Positions 9,684 through 19,819 of a DNA stretch of 64,000 nucleotides are shown in pieces. The stretch lies in NCBI GenBank assembly GCA_030426125.1, contig JAUHZB010000001.1, forward strand, positions 26,462 through 90,461. Reading direction: 5' to 3'. Within the stretch, counting starts at the first letter, position 1, and each line of letters opens with the position of its first letter. The DNA comes from a bacterium (GTDB lineage Bacteria > Patescibacteriota > Saccharimonadia > Saccharimonadales > AWTP1-31). The translations under genes and the position numbers were made by a program. A model generated the notes under the pieces. It was not told the DNA's origin, ran no database searches, and worked only from the letters and a program-made list of their open reading frames with translations.

Positions 9684-10088
9684 TTAAAAAAACTTTGTAT
9701 ATGTTAGGTAGGTTAACCCAGCAACTGCAGCACTAAGGACTGTACCCCAAACTAAATCAATAGCCACGATCTTCAGTGGGAAGTGTTTTAGGGTTGCATA
9801 ATTGGTTAAATCGTAGGTGGCGTAGGTCACTAATCCAAACAAAGCACCAGCTAATAGTAAATTATTCATGGCTCCAGATTTAAGTGTTGGCGCAATTACA
9901 AAGTAAATTAACCCACCAACAAAAATAAGATAAAAGATCACCGCAGCCAACCATTTTACCTCGTTTGTCATAACGCTTTTTAATTCACTAGCATATAGAT
10001 TTTTGGCAATAACTCCTAGCCAAAGTGCGTCAAATAATATAAACCAACCAAACGTTATACCGTATAGTGCTAAGTAATTAAGCTCCAT
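9684..10088 (-). CDS. small integral membrane protein (about 4 TM helices), uncharacterised family
   Basis: 134 aa, four hydrophobic helices; no catalytic motifs. Confidence 0.45.
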   Translation of the reverse strand: MELNYLALYGITFGWFILFDALWLGVIAKNLYASELKSVMTNEVKWLAAVIFYLIFVGGLIYFVIAPTLKSGAMNNLLLAGALFGLVTYATYDLTNYATLKHFPLKIVAIDLVWGTVLSAAVAGLTYLTYTKFF

Positions 10089-10157
10089 GTCCGCCCCCTT
10101 TACACTTTAATTTACCTGTCTCCCCTATTTTACCATCTTACCTAGTATTATTTGGTT

Positions 10158-10880
10158 CTACTTCTTCTTTAGATAGTACTGTCTTTGCTGAGCATCTAAT
10201 TTTTCTAGTGAGTAACGAAGCATTATCCTGGGCATTTTCGAGGCATACTTATCTAGAAAATCTATTAAGGTCTGTCTATCTTTCTTGCCAACCTCTCGAA
10301 GCATCCAACCCGTTACTTTCTGAATATAATGATGGTCATCTTCTAGGTATTGTTCGGCTAACCTTAGAGTCCAACTAAAATCGTTCTGTTTAATGAAAGT
10401 GTAGGTAGCCATCATAGCAATTCTACGATCCCATAGGTAATCTGAATTACTTAATCTCTCTAGTACCTTTTTATCTGGGTCATTAGATCGCTGAGGATCA
10501 AGTAGCCAATCGCCTACAATCTTATGGGCACTGCTATCGACTAAATCCCAGTTATTGATAAATTTAGTATTCTTTAGGTACAGCTCATAGATATACTTCT
10601 TAGTATCATCATCCCCTTTTTGATACTGTTTAACCCAAATCAGTACTGCTGTCAGGCGGACCTCGTGAACCTTGGATTTAAGTAACTCCAAGACTTGATC
10701 GGGAGTAATATCCTTATAGTATTTTCCAACAACGGCTCTTTGTTTTGGCACCGTAACCCCAAAGAATTGATCCACTGGTTGGCCCGGCTCAGTAGTAAAA
10801 AACCTTGGAAAAAAATCTGCCTTAACTGGATCAGCTTGCTGTTGAAGTTCGTCAATTATTTGATCTACAACGTCACTCAT
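10158..10880 (-). CDS. DNA alkylation repair enzyme (AlkC/AlkD-like HEAT-repeat glycosylase family)
   Basis: 240 aa; KADFFPRFF...GVTVP...R and helical-repeat character typical of DNA_alkylation family proteins. Confidence 0.6.
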   Translation of the reverse strand: MSDVVDQIIDELQQQADPVKADFFPRFFTTEPGQPVDQFFGVTVPKQRAVVGKYYKDITPDQVLELLKSKVHEVRLTAVLIWVKQYQKGDDDTKKYIYELYLKNTKFINNWDLVDSSAHKIVGDWLLDPQRSNDPDKKVLERLSNSDYLWDRRIAMMATYTFIKQNDFSWTLRLAEQYLEDDHHYIQKVTGWMLREVGKKDRQTLIDFLDKYASKMPRIMLRYSLEKLDAQQRQYYLKKK

Positions 10881-10882
10881 AG

Positions 10883-12571
10883 CTACATCTTTTCAGGAGC
10901 CTCAATACCAAGCAGTCCCAGACCGTCTTTAAGGATATCTGCATATTTTCTAATTAGGCTCAGTCTAAATTCTTCCTTTTTACTGCCAAGAACCGGAGTA
11001 TTCTCATAGAAACGGTTAAACTCTTGGGCTAGTTCATAGATATACAAAGTAATTAAATGGGGAGCCAATTCTCTGGTAGCGGTTTCAAGTACTTCCCTGT
11101 ATTCACTCATCTTAACCACTAAATCACGTTCACCACTATCAAGATCAACTGCTGGTAATTCCGCATTAGATTGTTGGTGATTATCACTATGCTTACTTAA
11201 GATTGAAGTAGCCCGAGCATGAGCATACTGAATATATGGTCCACTATTTCCTTCCAGTGCAATAGATTTTTCTGGATCATAAATAACGTCGCCTCCCATT
11301 TTGTACTTTGCAAAAGCATACTTTATGGCCGCCAACACGCTACTGGACTGCACTTCATTTGCCTGCTTAGAAGCAGCTAACTGAGCCGAAGCAATAATGT
11401 CGTTAGCAGATACTATACTACCCTTCCTAGAACTCATCTTTACACCACCGGTCAACTTCACAAAACCATGAGTTAAGTGAGTTGTACGCTTAACAATTTC
11501 TGGCTGAAACTTAGCTAGACTAGCTAGTACCACCTGCATATATTGGCTCTGTTCATTGGCTGTGATAATGATTGACCTATCGAATTGGTAATCTTGCCAC
11601 TTCAACAGCATCAGGCCTATTTCTTTTGCTTCATAAGTCGGTAGTCCAGCTGAGTTAATAAACACCCTAGTATGCAGATCCTGGTCTTCGCCCTTAAAGA
11701 CAACCGCCCCGTCGGATTTCTGGTAAACCCCATTTTGGAGTTGAGTCTCTACTTCCTTCAGGCCACTACTAAATACTTCACTTTCTGGAATAAAGCGATC
11801 AAACTCTTCAACCTTAAGTTCTGAGTATAGTTGTTTTAGGTAGTCATAACTCCAAGAGCGACATTCCCAGTAAATCTTGGCGAATTCAGACTGTTTGTCC
11901 TGATCTTCATGAACCTGATAAATTTTCTTATTAACTTCAACTATTTCCTGATGCGCAGATTGATCATCCTCATAAGCAGTGCTGCCTTCTACATAACGCT
12001 CACCCAGCCATTCAGCTCGCTGATCTGGGCTAACTTCAGCCAACTTACTGCTATCCTCCGCTCCCAGATAGTTAATTATTGACCACATCGCTTTTGCGGC
12101 ATGTAGTCCTACATCGCCACCATAATTAAGCCTGATTACTTCTGCTCCAGACCTCTCTATTAGTCGGGCAACAACGTCGCCAACTACTGTAGAGTAAAGA
12201 TGCCCAGCATGCAGTGGCTTAAAGGGATTAGGATCCGAGTACTCCACTAAAATTTTCTTACCAGAGTTGGTCTGATCCAACTTACTATTATTAATTTCTT
12301 CAATTAAAACTTTGTCGGTCAGAAAAATATTTATAAAGCCGGGGCCGGCTACTTCGATCTTACTAACTAAATCATTCTTATTATTAGACAAAAGTTCAGC
12401 TATCGACTTAGCAATTTCTCTAGGCGGTTTGGCTGTTTGTTTAGAAATCTGCAGAGCTATGTTGCTGGAGAAATCACCAAACTGTTTATCTGGGCGAGAT
12501 AAATCGACTTCTACCTGAAGGTCGTATATATCTTTTACGGCACCACTAATTAACTGTTTTAATTTGTTCAT
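10883..12571 (-). CDS. argS: arginine--tRNA ligase
   Basis: 562 aa class I aaRS; PNPFKPLHAGHL (HIGH-type motif), anticodon-binding DALR-type C-terminus ending ...EKM as in ArgRS. Confidence 0.9.
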   Translation of the reverse strand: MNKLKQLISGAVKDIYDLQVEVDLSRPDKQFGDFSSNIALQISKQTAKPPREIAKSIAELLSNNKNDLVSKIEVAGPGFINIFLTDKVLIEEINNSKLDQTNSGKKILVEYSDPNPFKPLHAGHLYSTVVGDVVARLIERSGAEVIRLNYGGDVGLHAAKAMWSIINYLGAEDSSKLAEVSPDQRAEWLGERYVEGSTAYEDDQSAHQEIVEVNKKIYQVHEDQDKQSEFAKIYWECRSWSYDYLKQLYSELKVEEFDRFIPESEVFSSGLKEVETQLQNGVYQKSDGAVVFKGEDQDLHTRVFINSAGLPTYEAKEIGLMLLKWQDYQFDRSIIITANEQSQYMQVVLASLAKFQPEIVKRTTHLTHGFVKLTGGVKMSSRKGSIVSANDIIASAQLAASKQANEVQSSSVLAAIKYAFAKYKMGGDVIYDPEKSIALEGNSGPYIQYAHARATSILSKHSDNHQQSNAELPAVDLDSGERDLVVKMSEYREVLETATRELAPHLITLYIYELAQEFNRFYENTPVLGSKKEEFRLSLIRKYADILKDGLGLLGIEAPEKM

Positions 12572-12609
12572 TACCCATATTTTAACCTGTCTAGCTGAGT
12601 AGAGCCAGC

Positions 12610-13323
12610 TTAAGCTTTTTTAGACTTAGTAGTCTTTGCTTGGAGCTTTTTATTATTCGCTGGTTGTTGCTTAAGTCCACTGTAAATTTGCCAAGCAACA
12701 TAGTAAAAACTAGCTATTACTACAAAAAACAAAATTGTAGTGGTGTAAGTTTGCTGGTAACTATTAGGATTAATAATCCGATCCGAGACATCAAACAATA
12801 GTCCAGCTGGATTTAATAAAATGTCCCAAGTGTTCCAGCGTAAGTATCGGCCTAAGTAAATTGCAAAGCTACAAAGCAACAAAACCCCAGCTATTAAGCC
12901 ACTGGAATAACTAGCTTTAATTCGCTTGTTCAGCTGATCGTGAATAGCTATTACACTCAGGTATCCAATTAGAAAACCGTTTAGCGTATAACTAAGAATT
13001 AAGGCTACGTCATATAACAGAGTTAAGGTACTAGCATTTTGCAGGTGAATGAAATCGGTAGCTAGATAAAAGCTATTAGGCAAAAAAACTAGCCATAGAA
13101 AGGTTAATAGCAAACATTGCCAAGATAACCACAGATGCCTCTCTAAACTAGATACTAGCGTCACTGCAAAGAACAGTGGAATCCAGGCTAAAAATAGATT
13201 CCAAGCTAAAAACCAATAATCCAAGTCCTGATACCTAAAAATACGAACCAACAATAACCCTAGACTGACTAGGCTAGAAAAAATAAGTGCTTTATAGATA
13301 CGCTTCATCAACATTACCACCAT
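12610..13323 (-). CDS. polytopic membrane protein, uncharacterised
   Basis: 237 aa with about 6 hydrophobic helices, Lys-rich C-terminal tail. Confidence 0.45.
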   Translation of the reverse strand: MVVMLMKRIYKALIFSSLVSLGLLLVRIFRYQDLDYWFLAWNLFLAWIPLFFAVTLVSSLERHLWLSWQCLLLTFLWLVFLPNSFYLATDFIHLQNASTLTLLYDVALILSYTLNGFLIGYLSVIAIHDQLNKRIKASYSSGLIAGVLLLCSFAIYLGRYLRWNTWDILLNPAGLLFDVSDRIINPNSYQQTYTTTILFFVVIASFYYVAWQIYSGLKQQPANNKKLQAKTTKSKKA

Positions 13324-13407
13324 TATACTACCTTTCGCCTGCTGGGTAATTTAACTTAAATATCCCCAAACAAACAATATTAAAGCGATTCAGGGTATAA
13401 TACGTTT

Positions 13408-14037
13408 ATGAAATTTATTAGCGAAGTAATTAGTGTAATTCGTGACATTGTTCGCAACATCATCTTCCAGCTAGCCAAACGACTAAACAAACTAACTTCT
13501 GGCAACATAACTCCCAATTCAGTAACCTACACCAGTCTCCTAGCCCATATACCAATTGCTGTACTTATAGCTCTAGATTACCTGGTGCTAGCTGGTGTTT
13601 TATTAATAGTATTCGGCCTTTTTGACTCTTTGGATGGTGCCTTGGCTAGAATCCAGAAAAAAGCCAGCGACAAGGGGATGCTGCTTGATGCTTCTACTGA
13701 TCGAATGAAAGAAATTCTGTTGTACTGCGGTAGTGCCTACTACCTAGTTAATAACCAGGAAGCAAACTACGCTGTTTGGGCAGTCGCTGCCTGTGGAGCG
13801 TCTATTCTAGTGAGCTACATTAAAGCCAAGGGCGAAACTGCCATAGCTGGCAAAAAACTGAGCGCCAATGAAGTCAACCGAGCCTTTGCTGATGGCATTA
13901 TGCGCTTTGAAGTCCGAATGGCCGTATTAATAATTGCTCTGTTTAGCGGACAATTAAAATACGCCGTGGTATTTATCGCCATCACTTCGACGTTCACAGC
14001 CTTCGGAAGATTAATCTCTATCTCCAACAAACTATGA
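13408..14037 (+). CDS. CDP-alcohol phosphatidyltransferase family protein
   Basis: Signature D-G-x2-A-R-x8-G-x3-D-x3-D present as DSLDGALARIQKKASDKGMLLDASTDRMKE; multiple TM helices. Confidence 0.75.
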   Translation: MKFISEVISVIRDIVRNIIFQLAKRLNKLTSGNITPNSVTYTSLLAHIPIAVLIALDYLVLAGVLLIVFGLFDSLDGALARIQKKASDKGMLLDASTDRMKEILLYCGSAYYLVNNQEANYAVWAVAACGASILVSYIKAKGETAIAGKKLSANEVNRAFADGIMRFEVRMAVLIIALFSGQLKYAVVFIAITSTFTAFGRLISISNKL

Positions 14038-14687
14038 TAAAACTAGACCTCCATAGTCACTCGGTACTATCGGCTGATGGTAGCTTAAAAGAGTCAGATT
14101 ACCGCCGTCTGTTAGAGGAAAATATCTTAGACGCTATCGCCATAACCGATCATGATCAGATCGAATACGCCTTAGCAATGCATAAAATATTCAAGGACAA
14201 AATAATTATTGGCCAGGAAATATCCACTAAGCAGGGCGAGATAATTGGCCTTTTCTTGGACCAATTAGTAAAGCCAGATCAAGATATCAAGAAGACTATA
14301 GCTGACATCAAAAAACAAAAGGGTCTAGTATACATCCCCCACCCTTTTGAAACAGTCCGTAGTGGCATAACCCAGCAAACTATAGAAACCATTAAAAACG
14401 AGGTCGATATTGTTGAAGTCAACAATGGTCGAGCTTTTTTCCAGAACAAAGGACCTCAAGCAACAACTTGGGCTCGACTAAACAACAAAGTGGTGGCCTC
14501 CAGTAGTGACGCTCATGGACCAACTGGCATTGGTAGTTGCTACACCTTAATAAAGCGTCCCCCAACCAAAGAAAATCTAGTAGACCAACTTAAAATGGGA
14601 CGTCTTTGTGTCGATAAACCACCACTACTCAGTCTGCTCTACCCTAAGTACAACCGCATCCGTGCTAAACTAAAAATATCTAAATAA
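14034..14687 (+). CDS. PHP-domain (polymerase/histidinol phosphatase-like) metal-dependent phosphoesterase
   Basis: N-terminal LDLHSHSVLSADG and ITDHD motifs typical of PHP domain; 4-nt overlap with upstream gene (operon). Confidence 0.7.
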   Translation: MIKLDLHSHSVLSADGSLKESDYRRLLEENILDAIAITDHDQIEYALAMHKIFKDKIIIGQEISTKQGEIIGLFLDQLVKPDQDIKKTIADIKKQKGLVYIPHPFETVRSGITQQTIETIKNEVDIVEVNNGRAFFQNKGPQATTWARLNNKVVASSSDAHGPTGIGSCYTLIKRPPTKENLVDQLKMGRLCVDKPPLLSLLYPKYNRIRAKLKISK

Positions 14688-14689
14688 CT

Positions 14690-15214
14690 ATGAATCATTT
14701 TTTTCTTGTATTAATTTTCTTCCTTCCAGCCGGGTTAGCCAATTTAGCACCGGTAATCGCTAACAAGATTCCAATTCTTAATCAGTGGAAGACTCCTATA
14801 GATTTTGGGATAATGCTAAACGGCAAAAGACTACTTGGGGATAATAAAACTTGGCGAGGGCTGGTATTTGGTATCCTGGTTGGCGCCGTAACCGGATGGC
14901 TAACTTACCAATACATTAGTGATGTTGCCGTCCAGCAATTGTCTCATTTCTGGATTGGCGGACTACTCGGTGGCGGTGCTCTGTTTGGGGATAGCTTAGA
15001 AAGTTTTTTTAAACGACAGCTAAATATTCCATCTGGTAGTAGTTGGTTTCCATACGATCAGATAGATTATGTGCTGGGAGCTATACTATTTAGTCTACCG
15101 ATCGTAAGATTTTCGGTACTCGACTACTTCTCAGTAATTGGATTCTATTTTCTAGCACACCTGCTAACTAGCTTTATTGGCTTCAAACTGAAGCTCAAAG
15201 ATAAACCTATTTAA
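14690..15214 (+). CDS. CarS/CdsA-like CTP:lipid cytidylyltransferase-family membrane protein (CDP-alcohol synthase-like, DUF46-type)
   Basis: 174 aa polytopic; KTWRG motif and degenerate CdsA signature S-x-FKR-x...D-x-ID (SLESFFKRQLNI...DQIDYVLG). Confidence 0.5.
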   Translation: MNHFFLVLIFFLPAGLANLAPVIANKIPILNQWKTPIDFGIMLNGKRLLGDNKTWRGLVFGILVGAVTGWLTYQYISDVAVQQLSHFWIGGLLGGGALFGDSLESFFKRQLNIPSGSSWFPYDQIDYVLGAILFSLPIVRFSVLDYFSVIGFYFLAHLLTSFIGFKLKLKDKPI

Positions 15215-15217
15215 GAC

Positions 15218-16255
15218 TTAAGCCAGCTCTTTCTTCATCTTCTCAACCAGATCAACTGGGGTTGGGTTCACTCCATTTAACAGTGCCATGTAAATAGAAA
15301 CAAAATCGCCATAAAGTACAGTGCCCAGCAACTGATCGAGCTCTGTCTTGCCAGCAACTTTTATGGTGTGGGGGTGAGGTCTGTTGCCAGAAAGAAGTTT
15401 AGCGCTAATTTTTATGCGTTTATTTATTTGTGGGTGATCGAAATCGGAAATTAAATCAATAATACTATAAGGCTTTGTGATAGGATGACTACTCCAACCA
15501 ATGAATTCATTGTGACTAAACTCTGGATATATTCCCTGCCAAGCAACGTTTTTGGCATTTTCATTAAAACTAATCTTCCATTTATAGCCGGCTGGACTTA
15601 GTTTTGGCCCGGAGTAAATTACTGGCGTAGTGCCAATAAGCTCCAGAGATAATTTTTTGGCTGAATTCTTTTTAACTGCTACTGTTGGTAGCCAATCAGT
15701 TTGTAGTTGTTCTAGGAATTTTGCGGTGGCCTTTAGGTCTTGGTCTATACTCTTTGCCTTAGCTAGCCCCAGACTTTGGATAACCCGCACTACAGCTAAA
15801 AAGTTAGAAAAGGTTGCATAGCGAGGCTGACTAATTTTTGGAAGACGTAGCAAACAGAGCTTTTTTTCCTTAGCAATATCCACTAACTTACCGCCTCCAG
15901 CTATTATCACTAGCTGGCATTTCTTAGCCAGTGCCTGCTTAAGACCGCTAAGAGCTTCTTCGGTATTCCCTGAATAACTAGAACAAATTACAAGTGTCTT
16001 CGATCCAACGTAGGCAGGAATGTCATAACCCCTGCAAATGTCCAATGGTTTGATGTAACCCGGCCACGAAGTACTCAAACTAGCACCTAGTGCAGAACCA
16101 CCCATACCAACAAAAACAATATTATCTATATCTCCTTTTATTGTCTTCAGTCCAGATAAATCAAAATCTATTAACAGCTGTTCCCACTGTTTAGAAGCGA
16201 CTCCTAGAGCATCATCAGAGTCTTTGGAGTGAATATACTTTAGATCATCTAGCAC
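15218..16255 (-). CDS. bifunctional phosphoglucose/phosphomannose isomerase (SIS-domain)
   Basis: 345 aa; IVFVGMGGSALGASL SIS nucleotide/sugar-phosphate binding motif; length and architecture typical of archaeal/CPR-type PGI/PMI. Confidence 0.65.
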   Translation of the reverse strand: MLDDLKYIHSKDSDDALGVASKQWEQLLIDFDLSGLKTIKGDIDNIVFVGMGGSALGASLSTSWPGYIKPLDICRGYDIPAYVGSKTLVICSSYSGNTEEALSGLKQALAKKCQLVIIAGGGKLVDIAKEKKLCLLRLPKISQPRYATFSNFLAVVRVIQSLGLAKAKSIDQDLKATAKFLEQLQTDWLPTVAVKKNSAKKLSLELIGTTPVIYSGPKLSPAGYKWKISFNENAKNVAWQGIYPEFSHNEFIGWSSHPITKPYSIIDLISDFDHPQINKRIKISAKLLSGNRPHPHTIKVAGKTELDQLLGTVLYGDFVSIYMALLNGVNPTPVDLVEKMKKELA

Positions 16256-16436
16256 AATAACTACCTTTCCTTGCTTATGCTAATAGTATAGCAATACTAA
16301 AGTCATTAAATAGCTTGAAGTTATTGTTTTAATGCTTATTGTGGTTTAAACTACTAGGGTAATATCTTAATAATTAATCTCTTAGCGTTAGGTCAATAAA
16401 GACTAACCAAGAGACCATAGATCTAAGGGGTGGGAA

Positions 16437-17141
16437 ATGTTCGACAATAATGACCAACAAAATCAACAAGCAGCAAGTCCAGCAGGACAACCTACAGGTA
16501 TTCAAAACACAACAACACCTGACATTGCTGACCCAAATCTGACAAGCACTAATCCCTCAACTGATACAACCGCCAGTGCACCATCTGCGCCAATGCCTCA
16601 GGAGCCTAGCGCTACAACAATTCCAGGAGCCGCATCTACAACTGATCCAGTCTCAACTACCGACCAAGCTAGTAGTAGCCCAATGTCTACCCCGACACCC
16701 GAACCTACATTAAACACAAATACCCCAGCGGATACAGCTAATCCTGACCCTGCCAGTTTAACCAGCGAGGATAAGGCCAGCAGCAATACTGCTCCAGGTG
16801 CAGACCTTCCAGACTTGTCAGCTCCTTCGGCCACTTCAACAGACACATCTACTTCTAGCCCAGCTACTGGTAGCGATGATCTTCTAAGTATTAAAAAGGG
16901 TGCTCTAGAGAATCTAACCCCCTTACTAGATCACTTAGACCAATCTCCTGAAGAAAAATTCAGAACTACTATGATGCTTATCCAAGCTAGCGACGATCAA
17001 AGCCTAGTTCAGTCTGCCTACAAAGCTGCTCAACAAATAACTGATGAAAAAGAAAAAGCTCAGGCCCTACTAGACATTGTTAATGAAATTAACTATTTCA
17101 CTCACAACGACAAGAAAGACCAAGAGCCAAAGATTAGCTAA
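16437..17141 (+). CDS. hypothetical P/T/S-rich low-complexity protein with conserved C-terminal helical domain
   Basis: ORF track; first about 150 aa are Pro/Thr/Ser/Ala-rich repeats; no TM. Confidence 0.4.
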   Translation: MFDNNDQQNQQAASPAGQPTGIQNTTTPDIADPNLTSTNPSTDTTASAPSAPMPQEPSATTIPGAASTTDPVSTTDQASSSPMSTPTPEPTLNTNTPADTANPDPASLTSEDKASSNTAPGADLPDLSAPSATSTDTSTSSPATGSDDLLSIKKGALENLTPLLDHLDQSPEEKFRTTMMLIQASDDQSLVQSAYKAAQQITDEKEKAQALLDIVNEINYFTHNDKKDQEPKIS

Positions 17142-17169
17142 TTTAGCTAAATTGCCAACTATAGATTCA

Positions 17170-17652
17170 CTATAAATCTAATTCAGGACCAGTTCGAGGT
17201 AATGCCTCGGATTGTTCAGCGTCTGCTGGACCAGTTCGCGGAGTGGTTGTTGGAGCATTAGAGCTACCGCTTCCACTCTCATCTTCATCAGCTGAACTAT
17301 TGTTTGAGCTATCGATATTATCATCAGACTGACTAGAATCATCATTGGCACCAGAATTAGCCTGATCCTCATTTTGGTTAGCAGAACTATCATCCTCGGC
17401 AGACTGCTCGGTAGTCTGACTAGTAGGAGTATCAGAATCGTCAGAATCAGTAAGACTGTTGAATAACCACCGTCCACTAAAGAATAAAGCTAGCAGAATA
17501 AGTACAATTACGATCAAAGAAACAATACCAACTACCCAGGCTAACCCGGTACGTTCTCGCTGTTCAGCTTGCGTGAAACTACGAACCTCTGGCGGAAGCT
17601 GACTATCTATATGGTCATTTGATTTGGATTTACGAAAATTAAATAGCTTCAT
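17170..17652 (-). CDS. hypothetical N-terminally anchored protein with acidic Ser/Asp-rich tail
   Basis: One TM helix (LAWVVGIVSLIVIVLILLALFF) then D/S/E-rich low complexity. Confidence 0.4.
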   Translation of the reverse strand: MKLFNFRKSKSNDHIDSQLPPEVRSFTQAEQRERTGLAWVVGIVSLIVIVLILLALFFSGRWLFNSLTDSDDSDTPTSQTTEQSAEDDSSANQNEDQANSGANDDSSQSDDNIDSSNNSSADEDESGSGSSNAPTTTPRTGPADAEQSEALPRTGPELDL

Positions 17653-17770
17653 TGCACTAAACTCCTCAACAATATTAGTTAATAGATATAATAGTACAAT
17701 TTGGCTTATTGTGCAATATACTTACTTAGCATTAGCTAGATAGTTTTTTAATCGCTGTATTGGTAGCGAA

Positions 17771-19429
17771 CTACATACCCATCATGCCGCCACCCATACC
17801 GCCCATTCCACCGGCGCCGGGAGCAGATGCTGATTCTGCTTCAGGGATGTCAGTAACTAGTGCACCCATAGTCATGCTGGTTCCAGCAATTGATACCGCA
17901 TTCTGAATTGCTTCTTTAGTTACTCGAGCTGGGTCAACTACACCACTAGCTTTTAGATCAACTATTTTAGTAGGATTGTTTACATCAACACCACTACCCG
18001 CTTTGGCTTTCTTTACAAGTGGTAGCCATTCGTCAGAATTTACGCCAGCGTTTTCTAGCAATATTCTAAAAGGTTGCTCTAGAGCATTCTGGAGCAGTGA
18101 GGCACCAGCCGATTTAGCGTCATGACCTGTAGTCTTAATTGTGCCTGCTAAGTTAACCAACGTTACGCCACCACCAGGCACAATACCCTCATCAAGAGCC
18201 GCTTTGGTAGCAGCTACGGCATCATCTACCCGGAACTTCTTTTCTTCAATTTCTGTTTCAGTAGCACCACCAACCTTAATTACGGCTACTTTTCCTTCCA
18301 GGCTAGCGCGTCGTTTCTGTCGATCTTCACGATCAAATTCGCTAGTTGATTCTTTTATTTGAGTATTAATCTGGGCAATTCTAGCTTTTACCTCACTAGC
18401 CTTACCGCCACCTTCTATAATGGTTGACTCATCTTTGCCGACAATTACTTTTCTAGCTGATCCGAGAGCGTCTAGTTCGACTTCTTCGAAGCTAACACCA
18501 AGAGCATCACTGACTACCTGACCGCCGGTTAGAACGGCAATATCTTCTAATCTATCGGTTTGTTTGTCGCCATAGCTAGGCGCCTTGATAGCTACCGTAT
18601 TGAATACCCCTTTTAGCTTGTTAAGGATCAAGGTACCAAGAGCTTCACCTTCTACATCTTCAGCAATAATTAGCAGATCTTTTTTACCAGCGTTAGAGAG
18701 TTTTTCTAGTAGTGGTACAAATTCCTGAACTGAACTAATCTTTTTATCGGTAATTAAAATTGCTGGCTTATTAAGTACCGCCTCCATTCGAGCAGCATCG
18801 GAAACCATGTAAGGGCTAACAAAGCCACGATCCATAGTAAAACCCTCTACAACTTCACTTTTTAGTTGCAGACCTTGACCCTCTTCAACAGTTACGACAC
18901 CGTCTTTGCCAACCTTCTCAATAATATCTGAAATTAATTTACCGATCTCAGCATCGCCGGCACTAATAGTAGCTACTTCAGCTACGCGGGATTTCTTATC
19001 TTTAATATCTTCAGCCATTTTATCTAGCGACTTAATCACATCACCAGCTGCAGCTTCCAAGCCTTTTCTTAGTTGCATAGGATTGTGCCCAGCAGTAATT
19101 AATTTATTGGCCTCATTTAAGATATGGTAGGTAAGGACCGTGACAGTGGTTGTACCATCACCCGCTACGTCATTCATCTTAGTAGCAGCCTGTTTTATTA
19201 GTTCAGCGCCAACTTTATAGCCCAATGTTTCATCATCAACATCAGCGATTTCAACCCCTTTGGCAACAGTCACACCGTCATGAGTAACAGTTGGACCACC
19301 GTAACTCTTTCCGATCACCACGTTTCTTCCACGCGGACCCATAGTGGTCTTTACCGCATCGTAAAGAATCTGGGCTCCACCTAATACTCTTCTTCGTGCA
19401 TCATCGTTATAAAATACTTTGTTTGCCAT
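17771..19429 (-). CDS. groL: chaperonin GroEL (Cpn60)
   Basis: 552 aa; canonical GroEL sequence incl. AAVEEGIVPGGG-like core and C-terminal GGM repeat tail (MGGMGGGMMGM). Confidence 0.95.
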   Translation of the reverse strand: MANKVFYNDDARRRVLGGAQILYDAVKTTMGPRGRNVVIGKSYGGPTVTHDGVTVAKGVEIADVDDETLGYKVGAELIKQAATKMNDVAGDGTTTVTVLTYHILNEANKLITAGHNPMQLRKGLEAAAGDVIKSLDKMAEDIKDKKSRVAEVATISAGDAEIGKLISDIIEKVGKDGVVTVEEGQGLQLKSEVVEGFTMDRGFVSPYMVSDAARMEAVLNKPAILITDKKISSVQEFVPLLEKLSNAGKKDLLIIAEDVEGEALGTLILNKLKGVFNTVAIKAPSYGDKQTDRLEDIAVLTGGQVVSDALGVSFEEVELDALGSARKVIVGKDESTIIEGGGKASEVKARIAQINTQIKESTSEFDREDRQKRRASLEGKVAVIKVGGATETEIEEKKFRVDDAVAATKAALDEGIVPGGGVTLVNLAGTIKTTGHDAKSAGASLLQNALEQPFRILLENAGVNSDEWLPLVKKAKAGSGVDVNNPTKIVDLKASGVVDPARVTKEAIQNAVSIAGTSMTMGALVTDIPEAESASAPGAGGMGGMGGGMMGM

Positions 19430-19440
19430 CTAGCTACCTC

Positions 19441-19704
19441 CTATTTAACAGTCGCGATTAAATTTTTTGCTGAAACAATAATATATTCTTGTTTACCAGA
19501 TTTTACTTTAGTAGTTTCATACTCGTTCTTATAAAGCACCTTCTCACCAACTTTAACTTCAGTTACTGCACTACCAACCGCTACAACCTTAGCTGTTTTT
19601 TGCTGGTCTTTAGCATTTTCTGGTAGGTACAACCCACTAGCTGTTTTAGTCTTAGCTTCTTCAGGTTGAACAACAATGTAACCAGGCATTGGTTGTATAT
19701 TCAT
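19441..19704 (-). CDS. groS: co-chaperonin GroES (Cpn10)
   Basis: 87 aa; NIQPMPGYIVV...GLYLPE...GKVVAVG typical GroES; immediately upstream of groEL. Confidence 0.9.
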   Translation of the reverse strand: MNIQPMPGYIVVQPEEAKTKTASGLYLPENAKDQQKTAKVVAVGSAVTEVKVGEKVLYKNEYETTKVKSGKQEYIIVSAKNLIATVK

Positions 19705-19734
19705 AAATTACTCCTCACTTAAAGTTTGTATCCG

Positions 19735-19791
19735 TTAGCACTTAATATGTTTGAGTGCCAACTTTCAGCACTCATAATATCTGAGTGCCAA
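19735..19791. promoter_or_regulatory. two tandem CIRCE (HrcA operator) inverted repeats upstream of groES
   Basis: TTAGCACTT-N9-GAGTGCCAA (19735-19761) and AGCACTC-N9-GAGTGCCAA (19767-19791); consensus CIRCE is TTAGCACTC-N9-GAGTGCTAA. Confidence 0.7.
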
Positions 19792-19819
19792 CTATTGGTC
19801 AAGATTAAGCCGTTATTAT

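Noticed and set aside
16598-17477. Minus-strand ORFs 16598-16846 and 17178-17477 (alternative frames)
   Set aside because: Overlap better-supported ORFs (P/T/S-rich protein; 17170-17652) in other frames; low-complexity artefacts.
17170-17652. LPRTG motif near C-terminus of the N-anchored acidic protein - possible sortase signal
   Set aside because: Motif is at the extreme C-terminus (ALPRTGPELDL) with no following hydrophobic helix or basic tail, so it is not a sorting signal.
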